From contig OX337237.1 in NCBI GenBank assembly GCA_946965045.2, positions 744,001 to 808,000 of the forward strand: a stretch of 64,000 nucleotides of DNA, in the 5' to 3' direction. Below the pieces are notes generated by a model. The model made no database searches and had not been told where the DNA came from. It saw only the letters and a list, made by a program, of their open reading frames with translations. The stretch is from Epithemia pelagica. Taxonomy: Eukaryota > Protista > Bacillariophyta. Positions 18,901 through 27,140 of the stretch are shown one piece after another. The first letter of the stretch is position 1, and every line of letters begins with the position of its first letter. Made by a program: the position numbers and the translations under genes.

Positions 18901-19907
18901 TTGTATTCCGCACGCACCCGCGTAATGAGACCAGAGACAACCTCAAAGAAATCTTGATAGGAGTCCAAGCGAATTTTTGTTATCTGCCATCTGCTCATAA
19001 TTTCTGCTGAAGAATCTTTCAGCGCGGGAGCGTTTTTAATAGCGAAACGGATAAGGTTGCGGAACTGAGGTTTCTCCACTGTGATCGCTGGTAGGCAGCA
19101 ATCATTGACGAACTGGTAGATCAGCTTCTGTAGTTGCTGAGATGATTGTGATTTCGTAGTGGTCTTTACTCGGAAAGAAGACAGAGTTGATTGGTTGCTT
19201 GGTGCTGTCTCATCCTCAAATACAACGTCCTTGTGATGGTTTTTTCGATGAGTCATGATATTGGACGTCCTCCCAGTTTTATTGCCACACCGCAATGCAG
19301 ATTGATCCAAAGACTTTTCGTTGGAATAAAAGCATAACGGGCAAAGAACAATCCACCGGCTGACTTTCTGATACTTCTCCACAAAGGCGGCATTCTTGCT
19401 TTTTGTTGATGTGGCGTTTTCGATCTTGTCATTTGGACCAAGAAGTGTAGTAGAAGCAAAATCCTGTATCAGTTTAATGAAGCCGGAATATTGGGGGATA
19501 TTGCCTTCGTTCTCGAAAATATACTTCTCGAGTTTCATCCAGTCGATGTGTAGGACCCACTTCCAGTATGGAGAGCAGTTGGACTCAAATATCAGGGGAT
19601 GGGGACGTTCCAGAAGAGGTACAAGCTGCTTCTCTTGCTGATATTGCTCGTCCCTGGCTTGCTTGGCTGGAGCCCTTTCCTTCTCAACAATCTCTTTCCG
19701 GGCTTCAAGTGCTGATGGCTTCATCTTGATCGTTGTGGGAGTGGTCTTTTTGGAAGAGGAAGAGGAAGGCTTCTTGGATGAAGACGATGACTTCTTCTTT
19801 GAACCTTTGGTCTTTGATGGAGGAGTCTTCTTGTTGGATGTCTTGTCAGTGGCCTGGGTGGGAAGAGAATCCATCTTGTCCGAGGGATCTCCCATAGGTG
19901 CAGACAT
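15930..19907 (-). CDS. hAT transposase, 1325 aa, with BED-like zinc finger
   Basis: CPLC...HRKNHH BED-like finger; CHDIW (D), VNDN (D), CDMH, NDTRV, and the dimerization domain WWRAH..FPYL...PATNAFQERIFS (E). Confidence 0.92.
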   Translation of the reverse strand: MSAPMGDPSDKMDSLPTQATDKTSNKKTPPSKTKGSKKKSSSSSKKPSSSSSKKTTPTTIKMKPSALEARKEIVEKERAPAKQARDEQYQQEKQLVPLLERPHPLIFESNCSPYWKWVLHIDWMKLEKYIFENEGNIPQYSGFIKLIQDFASTTLLGPNDKIENATSTKSKNAAFVEKYQKVSRWIVLCPLCFYSNEKSLDQSALRCGNKTGRTSNIMTHRKNHHKDVVFEDETAPSNQSTLSSFRVKTTTKSQSSQQLQKLIYQFVNDCCLPAITVEKPQFRNLIRFAIKNAPALKDSSAEIMSRWQITKIRLDSYQDFFEVVSGLITRVRAEYNRLCLQDIPFVTVCHDIWQAKDHDVLGVTVMFIDPRNCKIYRIPIGLADCEGHAATNVANLTETLLLSVTLTKKDLCASVNDNTTAAVLAGKYIVGTDRAGKCDMHKAELVLKHATGLVQRYQNRILMDSNPSFIEFWSIFKKFSAWLMSSKAPRRFQNFRENCESYGCQVIKIPLPNDTRVGGIVLSLDTLARLKWAMDQYALLAAGSDPKFAKLYPSEEDWQLLSQYEGILSPLKQVAMTLQSDAPGASSAALLEIFCSYFQATTMSLPPNGENSGVSCIKLAKGSPDQWDARLSIDDLDTFRDTVEFDDLLPGPRLLVRRIISEYKHYLVHRDHDGLKAVCCNPLLANIYENMFVNFGIYNMDTVKEGRRIIIQDMVDKFSNTRVSTIGAAMAAQSNTANKPANKPATRSFNLTAEDDSQTNNKTTKRKTKNVFASMRKSHDLQQQVLLHLSGRASDAASDQEKMRALKKTCTACYDDFRKNCENHIDNHWESIIRQYSTEEFEKVSKKWDDDETEEFKENCVNRNYLEIGKYFDLLGWWRAHSMMFPYLYPSAIIWLAKPATNAFQERIFSIGTWMHQNKSMRRAHKKTNEMRTMECVNRPLLEEIKKTEIDIANGVSVSNSYVQPPKAKDSPGLEAATQQKQVQLSAVRKNANGLASYELSFDHETHLMEDPAVTMSFLETFPERDSSGKVLAGTERDESGRVILKGEEDGEEDDDNAGDPPVGNPPSKGVDTVNDKDATEAVQGLSDGKKKAARPTKPREFVANRIVHVRIKARHEEDSEDESDDQSEPEEDSDEMLQRLMKKGIDNPQVDMDRKEVEDEYDDDLDRDKDDNTVVAVEEGDEEEIVVIETPPKESGRPNPPKESGRPKESERTKKSVKNKNAEPSTKKRKQSKIVPRKGIRQSPRQKKAKTSKSMDSQGHSGKKTSRSLAASLETANTGEKDGQVQDRNEGSEGENESRDGTEEGEDNGESAFENTDDDGDSSA

Positions 19908-20832
19908 CTCCCATCGAATACACTGTGCTGAGGAGGAAGATTGCTGTTGGATTGTTGAAGGATGAGACTCAAAAGATCTGTCATTATACAGAGAAGCAGA
20001 GGTGCATAGGTACGATGAGGATCATCCTCATCTGTTTTGTTTGGAATTTTGGTGAATTGTGTGACAGAATGCGATTGTAGTCGTACTTTGTCGATTGGAT
20101 GAGGAGTGACTTTGTACTACAGAGTCGATATTACCCATGTCAGGGTATTGACTTGGAGACTAATAGTAAGGAGATCCGTAAGTGAGTTACTTACTAAGAG
20201 ACTAATAGTACGTCTGAAGAATGAGGGGTGACTGACTGTGATGACTGTAGTCGGTGGGGTGAGAAGGCAGTGATTGATTGGCAGACTGAAAGTAACTGGG
20301 GAACATACTTACTGATTTTACTACATGACTTCATAGTTAGTCATAGTAAATCACATAGTCATGTATTTTGGCAAATGTGTGATTATTGTACTACACAACC
20401 CTGACGCGAACAGGGGTCATTTCCATTCGTTCCATTCCATTCCTTGGCACCAAACGTGTGAAGGCATCACTGTAGATCAATCAGTACGATTGGGTGGCGA
20501 TGGTGCGTTCTGATTCGTTACCATGTGTGTTTCACTGTTCGCGCGCCATCCGGTCGCCACTGGGCCATGTTTTTGCGTTATTTGTTATGACGATGCCAAA
20601 CCCACATTGGCCGGACGACGCCACCATGTTGCTCTGCTTGTTTCGTTCTCTTCTTTCCCACACCATCACAACACACAACAATAACGCATAGCACACTACA
20701 AAAGCAACGCTTAGAATACTCGTAGCAATTTGAGTGAGTCAAGCTTGACTCATCGTTCTGAAACGTTTGCTGCATGCAAAAGTAGGCACTAAAACTATCT
20801 TTCCCAAACACACTGGCCGGCCATGTCTCTAC

Positions 20833-21336
20833 CTACAAACACGGAGCGATGGATCCTACCAGTTCCATTCTAGTCACGACAATGGCATTCACCTCACCCA
20901 TCAGGCAAGGAATCGAGTAAGTGTCCCAGGTCGTTTCCAATGCTTGTTCCGCCCAGCACTGTATTTTGGAGTGGCGGACGAGTCTATCACGTTTGGCATG
21001 ACGGTTCAACCTGTGTTCCTCTGTCATTTTGCGTCCCTCTTGCATTCTTTGTGGGGTCTTATCGACTCCTTTTTTCATGTGCATGCCTTTCCTTGACACT
21101 GCAACAGAACTCTCTCTATAGATCAAGTCCAATACACTGCAAATGTGACCATTCTTAAGGAATGCCTGTGCAACCCTTCCAATATACTCGTATTGGTGGA
21201 CATAGTACGTTTCCAAGCGTAGCTGCTGTTGGATGCTGTGCTCCTCTCTAGTAGTCATTGGACTGTATTTTTGCATGGAATGAGAATATCCAAGGATCCA
21301 TTCGTACTGCCTACTATAAAATGAAGTGAGGTTCAT
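20833..21336 (-). CDS. Hypothetical protein, 167 aa (duplicated at 43228-43731)
   Basis: ORF stays open in both duplicates; no recognisable motif; may be an exon of a larger gene. Confidence 0.3.
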   Translation of the reverse strand: MNLTSFYSRQYEWILGYSHSMQKYSPMTTREEHSIQQQLRLETYYVHQYEYIGRVAQAFLKNGHICSVLDLIYRESSVAVSRKGMHMKKGVDKTPQRMQEGRKMTEEHRLNRHAKRDRLVRHSKIQCWAEQALETTWDTYSIPCLMGEVNAIVVTRMELVGSIAPCL

Positions 21337-21643
21337 CTCCCTGTGTTTGCCGCGTCATGCGAGAGAGAGACCCTAGAGACTGTCATTGGTCGGGGAAAAG
21401 TTCATTCGGGGCAACCCCCTTCCCACTGCCAACAAAAGACTATGGTCCATCGAAACCCTCTCATTGCTTATATAGTAGTATGACACGCACACCGTATTAC
21501 TCTAAAACTAGTCGTTTGGCCCTCTTGTTTTCGTTTGATTCGTCCTCCGTTTCTTGTGGGAGTACAGTGGTAGTGTGTGTTTCTTGTTGTTGTTGTTGCG
21601 GCTGCTGTTGTTGTCGTTCTTGCTGTTGTGGTAGTTCTTATTC

Positions 21644-23109
21644 TTATCCCCGGGGCGTGGCAAAGCCATATTCGGTATTGTCAAAGGGTTCCGGCAAGGG
21701 TTGTTTGACCAAGCCTTCGGCCTGTTCCTTGATGGACGCAAACATCTGTGGTTCGCCATTCGTGACCAAACCATAAAGACAGCGACACCCAAAACACCAC
21801 ATTCCGATCCATGCACACACACACACACACACACGTGTGAGCAAACGTTTGTTCCAAAGACTCCTAGATCCAGAGCATCGATCAATTCCAACACGAGCCA
21901 GTAGACTCCAAACGCACACAAACACAAACCCCTGCTGGCACACTCTATAGTGCCACACAGACATACACACATACATACACACACAGACATAACAAGACTG
22001 ATTCGACGTACCGGATGGGTAAAGTATCGTTCTCCAAAACTGGGAATGATACAGACGGCCGTTTTCTGAGCCGATTCCGGTCGTTGACAGACTTGGAGGG
22101 CGGCCGCGACAATGGCACCGGAACTCACACCCACGGGCAAGCCCGTCATCCACAATTCATTGGTCGTGGCCATGGCCGTGTCGGACGAAATGGGGACAAC
22201 CTCATCCAACAAGTTCAAGTCCAAGACGGGCGGCACCAAGCCGGCCCCCATGCCTTGAATCTTGTGCGGACCTTGGGGACCAATCTTGTCGCCGCCCTTG
22301 GCGGCCGTAATCAACATTTGTTCTTGTGGTTCGACAGCGACGGTAACCAAGTTGGGATTGAGGGGCGGACAATTGTGTGCGGCGGAACCTTTGATGAATT
22401 GGGACACGCCCGTGACGGTGCCACCCGTCCCCACACCCGACACCAACAAGTCAATCGTCCCATCGGTATCACGCCAAATTTCGGGTCCCGTCGTTTCGCG
22501 ATGAATTTTGGGATTGGCGGGATTTTCAAATTGTTGCAACATGAATCCGTGCTTGCCGTCACGGTCCAAGTCGGCCAAAATTTCATGCGCCTTGGCCAAG
22601 GCACCGGGGACGGCCGTTTCCTTGGGCGTCAAGACCACTTGACAGCCCAACGCCAAAAGCATCATGCGTCGTTCGACCGACATGGTTTCCGGCATGGTCA
22701 AGATGCAGTCGTAGCCCCGTTCGCGGGCAATAAAGGCCAAGGCAATACCGGTATTGCCCGACGTGGGTTCCACCAAGGTTGTTTGACCGGGCGTAATCAA
22801 GCCATCGGCTTCGGCTTGATCAATCATGCTGCGACCCAACCGATCCTTGACGGAACTACAGGGACCCAAGGATTCCATCTTGCCATAGAGTTTGCATCCC
22901 TCGGCCAAGGGATGAGAAGCTTGCAACATGGTGCCCAAATCCAACAAGGGTGTATTGCCCACGAGATCTGAGGGACGCGATGCCACATGCAGCAACCGTT
23001 GGCAGCTCGTCGTGGTCGTGGCGGCGGCGGCGGCGGCGGCCAAGGATGTACCACGCCATACGGACGTTTTGGCGGAGGAGGACACTGCGGAAACCACCAA
23101 TCGGTTCAT
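21644..23109 (-). CDS. cysK: Cysteine synthase CysK1 copy a; exons 23109-22012 and 21745-21644; probable mitochondrial transit peptide
   Basis: CSSVKDR (PLP Lys), PTSGNTG, GVGTGGT, GPHKIQG, SSG, PSFGERY. GTACGT...CAG intron with CA/GT microsatellites. Arg/Ser/Ala-rich N-terminus. Confidence 0.95.
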
Positions 23110-23862
23110 TCTTGTTGTGTGCGGCAGAGAGACTTTTGCTTTTGTGAGTGTCTCCTCAAGAGAGTGGAGAGACTAGAAGCTGCTGTTTTCAAGGAAGCAA
23201 CCAAAAAAAGGATTCGAAACCCAAGATCCAATCTTTCTTACAATAACGACAGAGTGGTGTGGATCGAACTAACTGTCGTTGTCGTCGTTGTCGTCTCGTG
23301 TCAAAACAGCGTGGGCAACCTTATTTTTCTTCAAGACCCAAGATACACCCAAAAAGATACGTATGCCTGTTCATCAATTCACCGAAAGGAGGAAGACGAC
23401 GACGGGTGTGTATCATCGTCGTCAGAAAAGATATCTCGCGGGGAATCTTTTCGCATTATATGCGACCTATGAGCCACTGCGCGTCATGCGTTCTCTTCTT
23501 GTCTAGCCGTTACGGTTACGGCTCGAGGTAGCTTAGCAACCACGACACTTGACAGGATATAGCAACCGGAGGAGAAGAATCATCGCCACAGACAGTGCGA
23601 ATGAACCCCATTGGAAACACATTGATAAGACAGTTTCGGGCAGATCATCATTTCTCGTCCCATTTAAAAAATGGCACCACCAAATCCACGGAGAATGGTC
23701 AAGTCCAAACGGAAACATATAAAGAGAATCCAAAGCATAGCTAGCAGCTATATCAATGGACCATTTACCACAGTCCTAGGAGTACTCTATATTGTATGAT
23801 TTTTGTGCTGGTGGTGGTTCGTCATGGAATACACACACATATCGTCTCGCGCAGAAAGACTG

Positions 23863-24473
23863 CAACTTCCGGTAACTACACGTGAGTCGCATATTCTCTC
23901 CCAATACCCAACGGACGAAACCAAAACAAAAGATCGATATTCATACAAAGTACGTATTATGATACCGTAGAATATGATTTACCATTCTCTAGTATGGAAC
24001 AAACGGGAATGTCGAAAGGTATGTCGTTGGTATGTCGTTTGTATGTCGTTTGATGTTGTTTGATGTCGTTTGATGTCGTTTGATGTCGTTTTGGGCTCGC
24101 GCGCAAACATGGTTTGCCTCAAAATCCAGCGGTGCTCCTTCAGTTGATGGGCCTACCGTCAATCAGTGACTTGAAACCTTGTGATTTCTCGTGAAGAATC
24201 CCATTTGCTGGAGAGTACATATTCTTTTGGCGATAAAAACATCCGACATCATCCGACATCCTCCGACATCCTCCGACATCATCCGACATCATCCGACATC
24301 TACCAAATCCTCCGACATCCGTGACTCTGGATGTTTTCCTCATATTAAAATAATCTGTACCTAGTATGATCATATAAGAGGTATTACTGTGTGAAAATTA
24401 AAAATGTTATATCGTGACGATACTCTGAGTAGTAGAAGGATTACCTATGTTTTGAGTCCATTACCGGAAGTTG
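23863..24473. mobile_element. 611-bp MITE with 13-bp TIR and 3-bp TSD (CTG)
   Basis: CAACTTCCGGTAA at 23863-23875 and its reverse complement at 24461-24473, with CTG on both sides. The flanks rejoin into the cysK 3' sequence seen uninterrupted near 49210-49250. Confidence 0.85.
24009..24320. repeat. Two oppositely oriented ~10-bp tandem arrays (GATGTCGTTT x~8; ATCCGACATC x7)
   Basis: Arrays at ~24009-24090 and ~24240-24320 share the core ATGTCG on opposite strands. Confidence 0.9.
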
Positions 24474-24495
24474 CTGAATCTACTCCAAATCTTTG

Positions 24496-27140
24496 TTATT
24501 CGGATATTCTCCACCCCTGGCTGAATTCAGCCGCATGGGCTGAATTCAGTCAATCGTAGAAAGTTGCTAGAGCACGACAATCAAACTCAATGGCAATGGC
24601 ATTTTAGATACTTGTTGTTTACTTACTTGAGAGGACTAGTGCAAAAGGAGAAAGTTGTTTGATTGTTGGCTGTTGAGCATTCGATCCACATTGGTTGCTC
24701 CAAAATTTTTGGTGTGTGTATTGTGCGCCCAAACACAGAAAAATGAGACTTCGTCTCGGCAGTGGTGCAAAAGGAGCTGTCCTTGTTTCAAGGCTGCATC
24801 CAAAGGATCAAATTGCCAAGGCCTATCCTAATTCCACTAAAGATGACAGGGCAAGTGGGTTGATTGTGGTGGAAGAGGCAATGAGGAAAATCCGTAGAGA
24901 AGAGAAGAGAGTTGTTGTGTTCCAGCACCCAGCACGCGGTGATTTTGCCGAACCGTTTGAATGTTGGGCGATCCATCGCTTTGTTCATGTGACAGAAGAA
25001 GGCAATCCAGAAGGTGTTTTTGCTAATGAACAAGAAGCAGGAATACATCAAAGTGGTAGCACGGCCACCTCTTCAAGTACTGCAAACACAACCGCCACCA
25101 CAGAGCAGCAGACGAGCAACACCGGTCAATCGAATGGCGAAAGGGAAGACAATGGCCACGAAATTCCCAATGAGATTCAGGATCTCATTGATGCCTCTGG
25201 TGGAAGAAATCTTTCTGTTGATGATAAAGCTGTTGTACGGAATATGGTGCCTGATATGATTGACGACGACAATCAACCGGCACCTGAAAATGTTCCACTT
25301 CCGAACGAGAACACGGATGGCATCTTCTCAGCTTGGGAGCATTCAGGTAGCTGCTACCGCTCCATGGAGGGAGGAAGAAAGCTCCCAGCTCGACTCAATT
25401 TTCCCAGTTCTGCAACTCCAACATTATTTGTCGTGTGGGAAATGTTTTTTTTTACATCCTTCGTCAAGGAAGTCATAATTGTTGAGACCAACAAGCGTCT
25501 TGCAAATCTGGGTCAGAGGAGCATGTCGTACGGAGAGTTCTTGCGATGGATAGGTGTTTGGCTTCTCATGTCAACAATCCATGGCCCTGATCGTAACTCA
25601 TTCTGGTCATTGGGGGAGATCAATAGATTCAAGGGTGCTCCATGGCGTTTGAACGACATCATGTCCAGAAAGCGATTTGATGCAATATTGCGCGCCATCT
25701 ACTACACAAACAATGCACCACCCCCCTATAGTGACCGCTTCTGGGAGGTTCGGCAAATGCTTGAAATGTGGAATAAAAACATGGAGCAACAATTTACTCC
25801 AAGCTGGGTAAATTGTCTTGATGAATCGATGTCAGTGTGGACAAACAAGTACACATGTCCGGGATGGATGTTTGTCCCACGGAAGCCACATCCATTTGGA
25901 AATGAATATCACACAGTGTGTTGCTCTCTCTCTGGTATTCTGTGGGGATTAGAATTGGTCGAAGGGAAGGATGCACCACGACAACGGCCACAACCTCTGC
26001 ACCAAAATCTGGGCAATACCGTTGGCTTATTGTTGCGAATACTTGCTCCAATTTTTGGCTATGCCTGTGTTGTAATTCTGGACAGTGGCTTTTGTGTTCT
26101 CAAAGGGATTGTTGAGCTGAAGAAAAGGGGTGTTTTTGCATCAGCCCTTATCAAGAAGCGTCGCTACTGGCCAAAATTCATTCGTGGAGACGACATCAAG
26201 GACCATTTCAACGACAAGTCTGTTGGAGATTGTGATGCTTGGAAAGGATGCATGGATGAAGTTGATTTCCATGTGTATGCTATGAAGGAACCTGATTATG
26301 TGATGTCATTAATGTCTACATATGGCACTAATCAGCGGACAGGGAAGACAACTCGTCGAGACTGGGTTGAGAGTGGTACAAAGCAGCAAAAGTCTTTTCA
26401 GTATCCGGAAGTTGTTGGAAATCACTTCCTCTACAGACACTCAGTAGATGACCACAACAATAAGAGACACTCCCCAATCAGCATAGAAGAAACATGGGGA
26501 ACAAAGTGGTGGCCAAACCGTGTGTTTGCATTCCTTTTGGCCGTGACAGAAGTGAACGTAAACCTGGGCCTCCAGTATTTTGCCAAGTATGATAAAATTG
26601 GACAGATTGAATTCAGGAAGCAGCTTGCAGGGCAACTCATCTTCAATGATTATTTTCAAGAAGAGGAGGACATGACACCTGATTTGAAGAGGAGAAGATC
26701 ACGAGAACAAGGTCACACTCTCACCACGTTGCCGAAGGGAAAAAAATTTTCTGGGGTGAGAATTGTGAATGCAGCATCAGATTATCCACAACACAAATGC
26801 TCTGGCTGCGACAAGAGGGTGCGTACCTACTGCTCATGCACTCCAGGAGTGTATAGATGCAGTGAATGTTTTGGGTATCATCTTTCATCAAGAGAAAACA
26901 ATCTTTCAACACCGAGCTGAAATCAGCCGGAAAAATCACCCCCATCGACTACCCATTCCAGAAGCTCGTATCTTTTTTTGTTACAGGAATTTGTGAATAA
27001 CATTACTACTACTTAGAAAGCTCTTTTCGAGGTCTACACGATGGAATCAAACATTTCTCTTGATTCGTAATATTCGTGGAGTGATGAGGTTTCAAATCCA
27101 GACTGAATTCAGTCAAAAAGGGTGTATAGAGTCCGTATTA
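24496..27140 (+). mobile_element. piggyBac-like transposon with imperfect ~37-bp TIRs
   Basis: Left TTATTCGGA..CACCC..CTGAATTCAG and right (reverse complement) TAATACGGA..CACCC..CTGAATTCAG. The flanks rejoin to the cysK stop/3' region seen at 49195-49220. No TTAA TSD. Confidence 0.7.
24743..26920 (+). CDS. piggyBac-family (DDE_Tnp_1_7 / PGBD-like) transposase
   Basis: CLDESM, ILDSGF and VDDHNN triad; C-terminal Cys-rich domain C..C..RVRTYCSC...CSECF..H. First ATG at 24743. Confidence 0.9.
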   Translation: MRLRLGSGAKGAVLVSRLHPKDQIAKAYPNSTKDDRASGLIVVEEAMRKIRREEKRVVVFQHPARGDFAEPFECWAIHRFVHVTEEGNPEGVFANEQEAGIHQSGSTATSSSTANTTATTEQQTSNTGQSNGEREDNGHEIPNEIQDLIDASGGRNLSVDDKAVVRNMVPDMIDDDNQPAPENVPLPNENTDGIFSAWEHSGSCYRSMEGGRKLPARLNFPSSATPTLFVVWEMFFFTSFVKEVIIVETNKRLANLGQRSMSYGEFLRWIGVWLLMSTIHGPDRNSFWSLGEINRFKGAPWRLNDIMSRKRFDAILRAIYYTNNAPPPYSDRFWEVRQMLEMWNKNMEQQFTPSWVNCLDESMSVWTNKYTCPGWMFVPRKPHPFGNEYHTVCCSLSGILWGLELVEGKDAPRQRPQPLHQNLGNTVGLLLRILAPIFGYACVVILDSGFCVLKGIVELKKRGVFASALIKKRRYWPKFIRGDDIKDHFNDKSVGDCDAWKGCMDEVDFHVYAMKEPDYVMSLMSTYGTNQRTGKTTRRDWVESGTKQQKSFQYPEVVGNHFLYRHSVDDHNNKRHSPISIEETWGTKWWPNRVFAFLLAVTEVNVNLGLQYFAKYDKIGQIEFRKQLAGQLIFNDYFQEEEDMTPDLKRRRSREQGHTLTTLPKGKKFSGVRIVNAASDYPQHKCSGCDKRVRTYCSCTPGVYRCSECFGYHLSSRENNLSTPS

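Larger units (their letters stand above)
13561..20403. mobile_element. Autonomous hAT transposon (6.84 kb) with cargo gene
   Basis: Perfect 15-bp TIR CAGGGTTGTGTAGTA, 8-bp TSD ACGCGAAC (13553-13560, 20404-20411), GACTA/TAGTC-rich subterminal repeats. Absent from the paralogous site at 42782-42789. Confidence 0.95.

Noticed and set aside
22015-22971. Long antisense ORFs over cysK genes (also 28885-29625, 44397-45548, 52811-53446)
   Set aside because: Exactly antisense to cysK exon 1 in every paralog; explained by codon bias, with no independent motifs.
24009-24320. CRISPR array
   Set aside because: Contiguous 10-bp units with no unique spacers, no cas genes, and a eukaryotic context.
24512-24520. 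CACCCCTGG as another end of transposon A
   Set aside because: Only 9 bp, lacks the CAATAC block and subterminal homology, and is explained as part of the piggyBac-like left TIR.
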